A stretch of DNA of 64,000 bases from an uncultured Candidatus Rokubacteria bacterium (GCA_963826115.1 CAWGVS010000003.1:32001-96000), one strand, 5' to 3'; shown: positions 1 to 10,013, numbered from the stretch's first letter. Notes: generated by a model not told the origin, from the letters alone. Program-made: numbers and translations.

Positions 1-43
1 CTAGTACGGTAATACAGGCAGGTATTCGCGTCAATGCCCTTCT

Positions 44-559
44 GTGAAACGCTCCACATGCTCTCGGCGGCTACCCCCGTGCATTTCGTGGGCGACGTCC
101 TCGACAGTCACAAGACGACGATCTCGCACATTGTCCCTGGGGTTAGCGGCCGGCGCCCTTGTCTCCTGTGCAACCTCCCCCTCCTCGCAACAGCCGGTAC
201 AGTCGAGCAACCCGAGCGTGACCTACAACTACCGGACTGACCAGGAACTGCTTCAGGCCAACCAGAACGCGACGACGTTCTGCAGTCCGTATCAAACGAC
301 CCCGCGTACCTCCAGCATCACGAGCAATGCAGACGGGAGCAAGGCCGTGCACTTCGAATGCGTGCGGACAACGCTGCCCGCGCCCGCCCCGACCCCTCCC
401 AGCCAGACCTACAGCTATCGAACGGATCAGGAGTTGGTGCAAGCGTCTCAGACCGCGAGCGCCTCCTGCCCGAAGTCCAGCTCGCAGCCGATGACGTCGA
501 GCATGGCGACCAATTCGGATGGAACCAAGACCGTGACGTTCCAATGTGGCCCGCGGTGA
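44..559 (+). CDS. Putative lipoprotein with two tandem ~55-aa Cys-containing repeats
   Basis: Hydrophobic stretch ending LAAGALVSC (lipobox-like). Repeats TYNYRTDQELLQA..C..SNADGSKAVHFEC and TYSYRTDQELVQA..C..TNSDGTKTVTFQC. Start uncertain. Confidence 0.6.
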   Translation: MKRSTCSRRLPPCISWATSSTVTRRRSRTLSLGLAAGALVSCATSPSSQQPVQSSNPSVTYNYRTDQELLQANQNATTFCSPYQTTPRTSSITSNADGSKAVHFECVRTTLPAPAPTPPSQTYSYRTDQELVQASQTASASCPKSSSQPMTSSMATNSDGTKTVTFQCGPR

Positions 560-1032
560 ACAGGCTCTGCGTCGCATCGACGATGTAGGCGAGAACAGGG
601 ACTCACGGTTCACGTGCTTAACGACCACTCTGAGAGCCGCCGTGCAGTCCCTCTCTTGCTCGCGATCCCCCAAGAGGGATCGCCAAGCCCGCCTCGCATA
701 GTGTGACGTGTCGTTGAAGAGCGTCAGGCGCGCGTGGGCATCGTCCCTGAAGTCGGGCTCTGGTCGAGGTGCTCCTGATCGAATCGCTGATCGAAGCCCG
801 GGCGCGAACTCAGCAGTAAACGGGGCGTAACCCTGGCAGGAACACCCTGGGAGCGGCGGCGGACGCTGCAAACGCCTCCACCACGCCCGTCCCGAACGGT
901 ACCACACGCACGCGCCGAGGCGAGACCGCCAGACGGCTAGTACAATCGGGACCTTTTCCCCGATCTCGCACGTTCAACCTCGATTGGAGCTCGGAAGGTT
1001 CCGGCCAATCTGCGCCCACCCGGGGCGCCACC

Positions 1033-1509
1033 CTACGACTTGCGCCCGCTCTTCCTCCGGCCGTGCTTCAGCTCGTGCCGAGTGGTCGCCTCGTCAACCG
1101 AATGAGACTGCATCAGATCGATGTCCCGCTTGGCCATCGCCGCGAGCTTCGCGTAGTGACGGTGGAGCACATCGAGCTCCGCCTCGGAGAGATCTTCGAC
1201 GTTGACCATTCGGTTGCTCGCCCCGTCGACTGCGGCCACGATCTCGTTCAGTTTGAGCTGGATGGCAAGCGAATCCTTGTTCTGGGATCGCTGGATAAGG
1301 AACACCATCAAAAAGGTCACGACGGTCGTCCCTGTGTTGATCACGAGCTGCCACGTGTCGGAGAAGTGAAACACCGGGCCAGTCATGCCCCACACCACGA
1401 TGGTCGCCAGCGCGAGACTGAAGCCCCTCGCGCTTCCCGTGAATCGCGTGATGGTGCGCGCCATGGCTTCCAAACGTCGTCCGAGGCCGCTGACTCCCGT
1501 TCCCGTCAT
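1033..1509 (-). CDS. Low-affinity iron permease (Fet4-like) family small membrane protein
   Basis: Motif FSDTWQLVINTGTTVVTFLMVFLIQRSQNKD..AIQLKLNE. ATG at 1509 preceded by GGAGG. Confidence 0.85.
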   Translation of the reverse strand: MTGTGVSGLGRRLEAMARTITRFTGSARGFSLALATIVVWGMTGPVFHFSDTWQLVINTGTTVVTFLMVFLIQRSQNKDSLAIQLKLNEIVAAVDGASNRMVNVEDLSEAELDVLHRHYAKLAAMAKRDIDLMQSHSVDEATTRHELKHGRRKSGRKS

Positions 1510-1951
1510 CGTCCGTGCCTCCACCCGGCGAGGCTAGCATGGCGGCTGGACCGTCGCTCAGTGCTAGGCATGAGCCGGAAGCTTGTCGTCGCCGGAAACG
1601 CTTGCTTGATCGGCCACCCACGACTCGCTCGAGCTCGGCGAGCACCTCGCCCTCCGGCCGGCAATGAAAACGCACGACCCGGATCCCCGAGTCCTGGTGA
1701 GCGTGATGCGCAACGTCGGTGCTCACTGCTCCGACTACGGCCCGGACCGCGGCGTGACACCATGCGCTAGGATGCCCCTGGGCAGGGAACGAGCATGCAG
1801 CGCATCCACACGCCCCGGTCGACGCCGGCGGGTCGCCAGAGAGATCCCCTGAGGACACCGATACCGGACGTGTTGGACGTGTGCTCTAGGCGGCCGGGGA
1901 TGAGTGGCCCTTCCAGCTTCGCTGAATGCCCGGCGAGGCATCCGGCAGTCG

Positions 1952-1987
1952 CATCGGGGGCTACGGCGTGGGCCGTAACCCCCGATG
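1952..1987 (-). terminator. Hairpin immediately 3' of tRNA-Gly (terminator or processing stem)
   Basis: CATCGGGGGCTACGGC-GTGG-GCCGTAACCCCCGATG, a near-perfect 16-bp stem. No U-tract. Confidence 0.55.
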
Positions 1988-1991
1988 GCGT

Positions 1992-2066
1992 TGGAGCGGG
2001 CGACCGGAATCGAACCGGCGACGTCCAGCTTGGGAAGCTGGCATTCTGCCGCTGAATTACGCCCGC
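1992..2066 (-). tRNA. tRNA-Gly (anticodon CCC), CCA encoded
   Basis: Reverse complement GCGGGCGTAATTCAGCGGCAGAATGCCAGCTTCCCAAGCTGGACGTCGCCGGTTCGATTCCGGTCGCCCGCTCCA: acceptor stem, anticodon arm CCAGC-TTCCCAA-GCTGG, T-loop GTTCGATT. Confidence 0.97.
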
Positions 2067-2177
2067 GTTCCCAGTCGGAGTCTAGTCAGCCGCCCGTCGC
2101 CCTGTCAATGGTGGGGTACCCGGGTCGCGTCCCCGGGCGCACCCGCAGTTGGCCCCGTCCTGACGGACCTTCCGCGC

Positions 2178-3275
2178 TCAGTCGAAGAGGATCTTCCGCA
2201 GGCGGACGGCGGTCGCCTGGTCCAGCGCGAACTGCCCGGCGACCAGGCGCTCGACCTCTTCCCCGCCCACCGGGGTCACGTCGAGCCGAGCGCGGGCGGC
2301 CTCGGCCAGGAACTCGGAATCCCGGAGGGTCGCCTGGAGGGCCCGGCGGAGCGTCGCCACGCGCTCCGGCGGCGTCCCCGGCGGCAGGACGTACGGCCGA
2401 GCCAGCCCGCTCGCACGAAGGATCGTGGCGGCGACGAGCCGCCGCGCGTCGTCGGTCCGAACCAATGCCGTGACGAGGGGCACCGCCGGAAGGTCCGGCA
2501 GGGCCCGCGACGCCAGCTGCAGCACCGCGACGATCTCCCCCGTCTCGAGGGCGGACTGCCATGCCGTCCGCATCGACGTCCAGTTGAAGCAGGCGCCGTC
2601 CAGCTCACCCGCCTCGACCGCGAGGCGGATCGCCGCCGTGCCGCGGTAGCCGCTCACGAGCTGGATGGGAAGCCCGAGGACCACCTTCAGGACTCGCGTC
2701 GCGTTGTCGCCGTTCGAGCCCGGCGCCGTCCCGCCGAGCTTGACCGGCGCCGCGGCCGACATCCACCGGTCCAGGCTCCCGATCCCGCTCGCCCGCGAGA
2801 AGGCGCACACGACGTGCTCGCTGGAGCCGACGCCCAGGTACTCGAACCGCCGCGCGTCGAACTCGATCCCGGGCCGCCCGAGGACCTGCCCGAGGAGGAG
2901 GTCGCCGCTGAAGTGCCCGATCGTGAGGCCGTCTGGCTTCGACACCTTGTAGAGGTGGTTGGCCGCCACGAGACCCCCCGCCCCGGACAAGCTCTCCACC
3001 GCGACGGCGGGATCCCCGGGGATGTGCCGTCCGAGGTGTCGCGCCACGGCCCGCGCGTGCACGTCGAAGCCGCCGCCCGCGGCGTTGACGACGATCCGGA
3101 TCGTCTTGCCCCGGAAGAAGTCCGCGTCGTCGGCCGCGGCGCTCCGAGCCGCACCGGTCGCGAGACTCAGGAGGCACAGCCCCATCGCGACCGCGCGCGT
3201 CCTCCAGACGCCCGGCACCGGGTGGGTACCCGCCTCCGGACAGCTCGGAGCCGACGAAGCGTCGTGTGGAAACAT
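2178..3275 (-). CDS. Tripartite tricarboxylate transporter substrate-binding protein (TctC/Bug family)
   Basis: Signal peptide, then FFRGKTIRIVV..AAGGGFDVHAR..ARHL, GAGGLVAAN, PDGLT, GYRGTA, PPGTP. Start 3275 or 3185. Confidence 0.88.
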   Translation of the reverse strand: MFPHDASSAPSCPEAGTHPVPGVWRTRAVAMGLCLLSLATGAARSAAADDADFFRGKTIRIVVNAAGGGFDVHARAVARHLGRHIPGDPAVAVESLSGAGGLVAANHLYKVSKPDGLTIGHFSGDLLLGQVLGRPGIEFDARRFEYLGVGSSEHVVCAFSRASGIGSLDRWMSAAAPVKLGGTAPGSNGDNATRVLKVVLGLPIQLVSGYRGTAAIRLAVEAGELDGACFNWTSMRTAWQSALETGEIVAVLQLASRALPDLPAVPLVTALVRTDDARRLVAATILRASGLARPYVLPPGTPPERVATLRRALQATLRDSEFLAEAARARLDVTPVGGEEVERLVAGQFALDQATAVRLRKILFD

Positions 3276-3340
3276 GGCGCGCGACTCGAAGCCGATGATA
3301 GCGCAGGCTTCGAGCAGCAGTTTCGGGGCGAGACCGTGGT

Positions 3341-4858
3341 TCAGGGCGACGTCCCGTCTCCCGTGCCGTCGTCCATGCCCGAGGCGTCCGGCTCGGCAGC
3401 CTGTCGGCGCAGCCACGCCACGGCCTCGTCGTGGGTCCCCACGAGGCCGAGCGCCTGCGCCTCGCGAGCCCGGCGGAGCCAGCGTCCCACCGCCGGCCCG
3501 GGCGGGACGCCGAGGATCGCCATCACGTCGTCCCCGCGCACGAGCGGCGCCTCGGCCGCTTCGCGGGCGGCGGGGGCCTCGCCGGCGAGGAGCGACTCGA
3601 GCAGCCGGCGCGTCTTGCCCCGGTAGACGAGGCCGGGCGCGCGACCATCCGTGCCCGCCGCGTCGGCAATCGTCAGGCACACGAGAGCGGGCACGTCCTC
3701 GCCGACGTCGCGGTGAAACCGGTAGCGCGCGCGATGGGTGACGGCCTCGAGCATCCCGAGGTGCATCGGCCGGAGGTGGTGGCGGACCAGCCGAGTCAGA
3801 ACCTCGATGGCGCGGCCGGGCCACGCGAGCCGGCTCGCCACCGCGGCAACGCGCTCGGCGCCGATCCGGTCGTGGCCGATGAACCGCGTGCGGCCATCCG
3901 CCTCGACGCTCCGGGTCTCCGGCTTGGCCACGTCGTGGAGGAGCACGGCCAGCTTCCACACCTCTCGCCGCGTGAGGCCGCCGCGCAACGGCTCGGCAAA
4001 GGACTCGAGGGCCCGCGCGTCGTGGGGACCGAGGAGCCGGAGGTCCGCCAGGAGCGCGTCGGCGGCCTCGAGCGCGTGGAGCGAGTGCTCCCACACGGTG
4101 AAGTGGTGCGGGAGCGACTGGGTCGTCACGCGCATCGGCTCGATCTCGGGCAGCACGACCCGGAGGGCGCCCCAGGCGTCGGCCTGGCGGATGGCAGCCG
4201 CGGTCCGTGGCAGACGGAGGACGTGGGTGAGCTCGTCGCGAACGCGCTCGGCCGAGACCGAGGCGAGGCCGGGAACCGCCGCGCGCGCGAGGGCTTCCGT
4301 CTCCGGCTCGACGGCAAAGTCGAGCTCGTGGGCGAGCCGGACCACCCGGAGAACCCGGAGAGGATCGTCGGCGAGCGCGGTGGCCCGGCACGCGCGGAGC
4401 CGCCGCGCCTCGAGGTCGCCGAGGCCGCCCGTGGGATCGTGCACGGCGGCGGGGCCCCGCAGGAGCGCGCGGAGATCCGCGGCCAGGGCGTCGACGGTCA
4501 CGTCTCGCCCGAAGAGGTCCGCCTCGAGAGTCGGCCCGCGGAGGTTGGCCAGATCGACGTGGAGCGGGAGCGGGCTTGCCACCACCACGCGCGCCATGCC
4601 GTGGGCCTCGCCGAGGGGCACGAACGCGGCGCCCAGCCGGTCGGCCAGACGGCGGGCCGCCGCATCGCTGCCTGCCGGCACTGCGAGGTCGACGTCGCGA
4701 AGCCGCCGTCCGAGGAGGAGGTCCCGGACCGCGCCGCCGACCAGCCAGACCGGTCCCTCGATGGTCTCGACCACGGTCGCGAGCAACGGCCGAAGTGGCT
4801 CGGCCGGCCCGAGCGCCGCCGTGACCGCGGGCCGGGGATCAGCCGGGCGCGACGTCAT
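3341..4858 (-). CDS. Class II tRNA nucleotidyltransferase with HD domain (probable CC-adding type)
   Basis: VGGAVRDLLLG..DVDL, RDVTVDALA, DPTGGLGDL, DDPLRVLR, VSAERVRDEL, LLHDVAKP, FIGHD. Confidence 0.88.
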   Translation of the reverse strand: MTSRPADPRPAVTAALGPAEPLRPLLATVVETIEGPVWLVGGAVRDLLLGRRLRDVDLAVPAGSDAAARRLADRLGAAFVPLGEAHGMARVVVASPLPLHVDLANLRGPTLEADLFGRDVTVDALAADLRALLRGPAAVHDPTGGLGDLEARRLRACRATALADDPLRVLRVVRLAHELDFAVEPETEALARAAVPGLASVSAERVRDELTHVLRLPRTAAAIRQADAWGALRVVLPEIEPMRVTTQSLPHHFTVWEHSLHALEAADALLADLRLLGPHDARALESFAEPLRGGLTRREVWKLAVLLHDVAKPETRSVEADGRTRFIGHDRIGAERVAAVASRLAWPGRAIEVLTRLVRHHLRPMHLGMLEAVTHRARYRFHRDVGEDVPALVCLTIADAAGTDGRAPGLVYRGKTRRLLESLLAGEAPAAREAAEAPLVRGDDVMAILGVPPGPAVGRWLRRAREAQALGLVGTHDEAVAWLRRQAAEPDASGMDDGTGDGTSP

Positions 4859-5834
4859 CGAGAGCGGGGCGCGACGTCTCGCGGGCACCGCGCCCGCCGG
4901 CGCGCGACGCTACCCAGCCCGACAGCCGGGCGAGGGCCGCGACGCCGCCCACGATCGTGTAGAGGATCCCGAGCGCCTGGAGCTCATCCCACCAGCTCGA
5001 GTCCAGGCCGGCTGCTCGGAGCCGGGCGCGGTCGAGGCGCCACGCGGGGCGCAGCGCGTCCCGCCGGGTGAGCGCGACGCCCAGCACCGGCACCAGGGTC
5101 AGGACGTGCCAGGGCCCGACGCGAAACCCGGCTCGGCGGCGGTGGACGGCCGCCCAGCGGTTCGTCCGCCAGACCTTGCGGAGAAAGACCCGCCCGGCGT
5201 CGAGCGTCGGATGCCGCACGACGGCCTCCGGCGCGTACGCGAGGCGCGCCCCCTGCCCCACGGCGCGCAGCACGAACTCGAAGTCCCCGCCGGAGGGGAG
5301 CGCGGGATCGAAGCCGCCCCACGCCTCGAAGTCGCGCCGGCGCACGAGGAGGTTCGCGGTCGCCGCCCGCGACCGGGCCACGTTCCGGCGCTGGTCGAGG
5401 AACATGTCCGCGCTGAGGAGCGACCACAGGGTCGGCCGGGTCGGCGGGGCCGGGATCACCTCCCCGGCGACGATGTCGGCGTCCCCGAGGGCCGCCAGCC
5501 CCGCCGTCAGCCACTCCGGGTCCGGCAGACAGTCGCTGTCGCAGAAGGCGAGGACGTCCCCGTTCGCCGCCACCGCGCCCCGGTTCCGCGCCGCATACGA
5601 GGTCCGGCGCGGCCCACCAAGCACCCGTATGCGCCCGTGGTCCACCTCGGTGACCCCGAGCCTCTCCGCCGAGCCGTCGTCCGCGATGACCACCTCCAAG
5701 CGGTCCGCGCTCAGGGTCTGCCCCTCGAGCCGGCGGAGGAGCGCGGCGACGCCCGCCGGATTGTCGCGGACCGGCACGACGACCGACACCAACAGCTCGC
5801 GGCCGGCCTGCCCGGCCGGGGCGACCGGGCTCAT
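4839..5834 (-). CDS. Glycosyltransferase family 2
   Basis: VSVVVPV, VIADDGS, AARNRG, FCDSDC, GGFD..GGDFEF. ATGA overlap with the upstream gene. Confidence 0.88.
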   Translation of the reverse strand: MSPVAPAGQAGRELLVSVVVPVRDNPAGVAALLRRLEGQTLSADRLEVVIADDGSAERLGVTEVDHGRIRVLGGPRRTSYAARNRGAVAANGDVLAFCDSDCLPDPEWLTAGLAALGDADIVAGEVIPAPPTRPTLWSLLSADMFLDQRRNVARSRAATANLLVRRRDFEAWGGFDPALPSGGDFEFVLRAVGQGARLAYAPEAVVRHPTLDAGRVFLRKVWRTNRWAAVHRRRAGFRVGPWHVLTLVPVLGVALTRRDALRPAWRLDRARLRAAGLDSSWWDELQALGILYTIVGGVAALARLSGWVASRAGGRGARETSRPALDDVAPG

Positions 5835-6988
5835 CGCGTGCTCGCGCTCGCCGGCCACGTGGCGCGCTCCCGGCCGCGAACGAAATCGGCGATCCCCGTG
5901 AGCGCCGCGGCGTTGACGACGCAGAAGTAGACCCACAGGCGCACGGCGGCGGGCACCGGCACGCCGCGCCCGATGGCCACCGCCCCGGCGGAGAAGGCGG
6001 CCAGGCCGACGAGCGCGACGGCCAGGGTCACGTGCCGGACCCAGCCCTCGAGCTCGATCACGCCGATCAGGAGGGCCCCGAGGGCGAACACGGGGGCGAG
6101 CCAGCGCAGGAGCTTGTGGCTCGCCAGCCGAAAGGCCAGCACCGGACGCAGCGGCACCAGGAAGAAGCGGACGTGGGCGTGCGCGCCCAGCTGCCGCGTC
6201 ACCATGCGCGCCTTCCGGTGGAACTCCTCCCGGAGACTCGTGGCCGCCTTCTCGAAGACGCGCGCCCTGGGCTCGACGACCACCTCGTAGCCGGCGGCGA
6301 GCGCCAGGAGCGGGTTGAGGGCGTCGTCGGAGATCCCCGGCGGAAGGGTCCGGCAGAGCTCCCGCCGGAGAGCGTAGATGGCTCCGGTCGCCACCAGGGT
6401 CCCGCCGAACCGGCCCTCCATCTCCTTGATCGCGGTCTCGAGCCGCCAGTAGAGCCCCTCGCCCGCGCGGACCTCCGGATCGTGCCCGTTGACGTACACC
6501 AGCTCGCCGACCACGCAGCCGACGGCCGGCGAGGCGAACGGCCCGACGAGGTGCTGGAGCGCGTCCTCGTCGAACCGCGCGTTGGCGTCCGTGAAGACGA
6601 CCGCGTCGCCCGACGAGGCGCCGACCATCTCGTTGAGGATCGCCGTCTTCCCGCGACGCGAGGGGGCGTCGACCACGCGCACGCCGTGCCCGCCGAACGA
6701 GCGGGCGATCTCGGCCGTGTCGTCGGTGGACCCGTCGGAGCCCACCACGATCTCCAGGCGGTCCCGCGGGTACCGGAGGGCCAGGAGGTTCTCCAGGCGG
6801 CGGCGGAGCCAGGCGGCCTCGTTGTGCGCCGGCAGCACGACCGTCACCCGCGGCAAGCGCGAGGGCTCGCCCGGGAGGAACGCGCGCGGGCGCCGGCCGG
6901 TCACGCGGACCGCGAGCCAGAGGAGCGCGGGGTACCCGACGTAGGCGTACGCGACGAGCCCGGCGAGGATCCAGAACAGGGCCGTCAC
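5831..6988 (-). CDS. Membrane glycosyltransferase family 2 (CesA-like)
   Basis: N-terminal TM, VVLPAHNE, GSDGSTD, GKT, FTDAN, GAIYALRR, C-terminal TMs. Confidence 0.9.
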   Translation of the reverse strand: MTALFWILAGLVAYAYVGYPALLWLAVRVTGRRPRAFLPGEPSRLPRVTVVLPAHNEAAWLRRRLENLLALRYPRDRLEIVVGSDGSTDDTAEIARSFGGHGVRVVDAPSRRGKTAILNEMVGASSGDAVVFTDANARFDEDALQHLVGPFASPAVGCVVGELVYVNGHDPEVRAGEGLYWRLETAIKEMEGRFGGTLVATGAIYALRRELCRTLPPGISDDALNPLLALAAGYEVVVEPRARVFEKAATSLREEFHRKARMVTRQLGAHAHVRFFLVPLRPVLAFRLASHKLLRWLAPVFALGALLIGVIELEGWVRHVTLAVALVGLAAFSAGAVAIGRGVPVPAAVRLWVYFCVVNAAALTGIADFVRGRERATWPASASTR

Positions 6989-8967
6989 GCCGGGGGGCCG
7001 CTCGCGGGGAGGTCGTCCGGGAGCGGGCGCGCGAGGTCGAGGAGCTGCGCCTCGACGAGCGCGCGGTACGCCGCGCTCCGGCCGAGCAGCTCGGCGTGGC
7101 GCCCCCGGTCGACGATGCGGCCGCGCTCCAGGAGGACGATCAGGTCCGCGTGTGCCACCGTGCTCAGCCGGTGGGCAATCACGAACACGGTCCGCCCGCG
7201 CATCAGGGACGCGAGGCTCCGGTGGACGAGGCGCTCGCTCGCGGCGTCGAGCTCGCTCGTCGCCTCATCGAGGATGAGGATGCGGGGGTCCGGGAGGATC
7301 GCGCGCGCGATGGCGATCCGCTTCCGCTGTCCCCCGCTCAGGCGCACTCCGCGCTCTCCGACCAAGGTGTCGTAGCCCTGGTCGAGCTCCTCGATGAACT
7401 CCGCGGCCATCGCGGCCTCCGCCGCCCGCCTGACGGCCTCCGGCGAGGCGCCGCGCGCGCCGTACGCGATGTTCTCCGCGATCGTCCCCTCGAAGAGGAA
7501 CACGTCCTGCTCGACCACGCCGATCAGCCGCCGGTAGGATCGGAGGTCGATCTTCCGAATGTCGACCCCGTCGAGCTCGACCACGCCCTCGGTCGGGTCG
7601 TGGAAGCGCGCGATGACGTCGCAAAGCGTCGACTTGCCCGCCCCGCTCGGGCCGACCAGGGCGACGACGTGGCCGGCCGGCACCTCGAGCGTGACGTCCC
7701 GCACCGCGGGGAGGCGTCGGGTCGGATACTGGAAGCTCACGCGGCGCAGGCTGAACCGGCCGGCGACGTCCTCCGGACGCGGCGCCAGCGTGCCCGAGGC
7801 GCCGGGGAACTCGGGCTCCTCCTCCAGGACGTCCAGGACGCGGTCGAGCGCGGCCAGGCCGTTCTGGACGCCGGCCGCCGAACTGGCGAGCGCGCCGAGC
7901 GGCTCCAGCAGCATGGCGAGGTAGAACAGGAGGGTTACGAGGCTGCCGACCGTGAAGGCCTGGCCCGGATCGAGGGTCCCCGCCGAGACCCGCGCCGCAT
8001 CAGACAGGATCCGACCGCCTCCGTACCAGAGGAGGACCGCGACCACGGTCGGCGCCAGGAGCAGCCAGCAGACCTCGACCGCGGCGGTGATCCACCAGGC
8101 GAGCATCGCCTGCCGGAGGTTCGTGTGCTGGTCCCTCGCGTCCCGGACGGCCTCGGTGCGCTGGCGGCCGAAGCCCCGGATGACGCGGATCCCGGCGAAC
8201 GCCTCCGTGACGTGAGCGTCGATCCGCCGCCGGAGGATTCGGATGTCGCGCCACACGGGCCGCATCCGGCGGATCCACCGGCGGTGGACGGCGTACGCGA
8301 CGGGCAGCAGGGCCACGACGACGACCAGCGCGCGCCACTCGACGAAGCCCAGGGCCACCACCGTGCCGATGAGCTGGATCAGCGATCGCGACGGCTGGAA
8401 GACCATCGCAAGCAGGAGGTCGCCGGCGCTCCCCACGTCCTCGCGCAGGAGGCTCGTCATCCCTCCCGACTGGTAGGCGCGGATGCGATGGAGGGGCAGC
8501 GTGAACGCGTGCGCGAAGACGCGCCGGCGCAGGTTGGACTGGAGCCGCCGGGCCGCCACGGTCGACAGGTAGCGTCCCCACGTCCCCACCGCCGTCGAGA
8601 GCGCCACCGCGACGACCAGCGCGACCGCGACCGCGCCGAGCAGCGCGCGGGGATCGGCCAGGCCGGCGGCAGCGAGGGCGGCGGGCACCGGGCGGTGACC
8701 GAGGACGTGGTCGATGGCGAAGCCCGTGGCCGCCGGCGGGACCAGCCGGAGCGCGGCCGCGGCGGTGACCGCGACCAGCGACACGCCCACGGTCGTCCGC
8801 AGGCCGCCGATGAGGCGCCAGAACGCCGGGATCAGCTCCCGGGCGGCGCGGTGCCGGGGACGTCCGCGTCGCGAGCCGGCGCTCCGCGCGCCCTCGGTCG
8901 CGAGCGCGAAGAGCTCCCGGCGGTACTCGAGGTAACGGAGCCGGCTCCCCCGGCGCGCGGGCCTCAC
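6985..8967 (-). CDS. ABC exporter, fused permease and ATPase (MsbA-like)
   Basis: TM domain, Walker A GPSGAGKST, LSGGQ, Walker B ILILDEATS, IAHRLST. Confidence 0.92.
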   Translation of the reverse strand: MRPARRGSRLRYLEYRRELFALATEGARSAGSRRGRPRHRAARELIPAFWRLIGGLRTTVGVSLVAVTAAAALRLVPPAATGFAIDHVLGHRPVPAALAAAGLADPRALLGAVAVALVVAVALSTAVGTWGRYLSTVAARRLQSNLRRRVFAHAFTLPLHRIRAYQSGGMTSLLREDVGSAGDLLLAMVFQPSRSLIQLIGTVVALGFVEWRALVVVVALLPVAYAVHRRWIRRMRPVWRDIRILRRRIDAHVTEAFAGIRVIRGFGRQRTEAVRDARDQHTNLRQAMLAWWITAAVEVCWLLLAPTVVAVLLWYGGGRILSDAARVSAGTLDPGQAFTVGSLVTLLFYLAMLLEPLGALASSAAGVQNGLAALDRVLDVLEEEPEFPGASGTLAPRPEDVAGRFSLRRVSFQYPTRRLPAVRDVTLEVPAGHVVALVGPSGAGKSTLCDVIARFHDPTEGVVELDGVDIRKIDLRSYRRLIGVVEQDVFLFEGTIAENIAYGARGASPEAVRRAAEAAMAAEFIEELDQGYDTLVGERGVRLSGGQRKRIAIARAILPDPRILILDEATSELDAASERLVHRSLASLMRGRTVFVIAHRLSTVAHADLIVLLERGRIVDRGRHAELLGRSAAYRALVEAQLLDLARPLPDDLPASGPPA

Positions 8968-9201
8968 GGGCGGCGCCGGCTCACGCGAGCGCCCGGCCCC
9001 GCGCGCGAGCGTCGATCACGCACGAGGAGCAACGAGGGCCGTGTTCCGATCGCATGCCACGCGGTCACGATTGTACGACACGGGCCGCCGCCGCCGCCCG
9101 GCACGCGCCGGCCGATTCCCTCAGCGGAACGGGACCTTGCCGCGCGACCGGGGTCGCTCGATAATCGCGGCCATGACGCCATCGCGACCGGGGAACGTCT
9201 A

Positions 9202-9978
9202 GTGGCGCGCGGGTTCGCCCTCCACGCCGGCGCGCCGGCCGCCGTGATCCGCGCGGCGGCCCGGAGCGCCGAGGCGCTCGGCTATGGCTCGTTCTGGGTG
9301 AACTATCCGGGCGAGATCGACGGCCTGGCCGCCCTCGCGCTGGCCGCGCGGGAGACGGGGCGCATCGACCTCGGGGTCGGCGTCGTGCCGCTCCACACGT
9401 GCGGCCCGGACCGCATCGTCGCCGCCGTGCGCGCGAACGGGCTGCCGCTCGAGCGCCTGCGGCTCGGCGTCGGGAGCCCGAACCCCGAGTCCCTCCGTCG
9501 GGTGCGCGACGGCATCGCGGCGCTGCGGCGCACGCTGCCGGCCCAGCTGTACGTCGCGGCGCTCGGGCCGCGCATGTGTCACCTCGCGGGCGAGGTGGCC
9601 GACGGCGTCCTCCTCAACTGGCTGACGCCGGAGCACGCGGTCCGGTCGGCCGAATGGGTACGGGCCGGTGCGGCGGCGGCCGGGCGGCCCGTTCCCCGGC
9701 TGGCGACCTACGTGCGCGTCGCGCTGGGACCCGAGGCCGCCGCGCAGCTCGACGTGGAGTGCGGCCGGTACGCGGGGATCCCGGCCTACGCGGCCCACTT
9801 CGCGCGCATGGGCGTGCCCCCCCGCGCGACGGCGGTGGCGGCAGCGACCGCGGCCGCCGTGCCCGACGGGCTCCGTGGCTGGGAGCGCGCCCTCGACGAC
9901 GTGATCGTGCGGGCCATCACCGCGTCCGACAGCGTCGACGAGACGCTCGCCCTGGTCCACGCCGCGCGGCCCGCCTAG
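9202..9978 (+). CDS. LLM-class (luciferase-like) flavin-dependent oxidoreductase
   Basis: AEALGYGSFWV, IDLGVGVVP, LYVAALGPRM..LAGEVADGVLLNW. Real gene is the C-terminal part of the 960-aa ORF, GTG start. Confidence 0.85.
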   Translation: MARGFALHAGAPAAVIRAAARSAEALGYGSFWVNYPGEIDGLAALALAARETGRIDLGVGVVPLHTCGPDRIVAAVRANGLPLERLRLGVGSPNPESLRRVRDGIAALRRTLPAQLYVAALGPRMCHLAGEVADGVLLNWLTPEHAVRSAEWVRAGAAAAGRPVPRLATYVRVALGPEAAAQLDVECGRYAGIPAYAAHFARMGVPPRATAVAAATAAAVPDGLRGWERALDDVIVRAITASDSVDETLALVHAARPA

Positions 9979-10013
9979 CGCCGGCGCCCGGCGCACTCAC
10001 GACGCGGCGGCGC

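Noticed and set aside
7096-9201. N-terminal 700 aa of the 960-aa plus-strand ORF, and many other long antisense or alternative-frame ORFs (e.g. 30468-33725, 30157-33651, 43447-46503)
   Set aside because: Arg/Pro/Gly-rich shadows of real genes, expected from the scarcity of stop codons at very high GC. No recognisable motifs.
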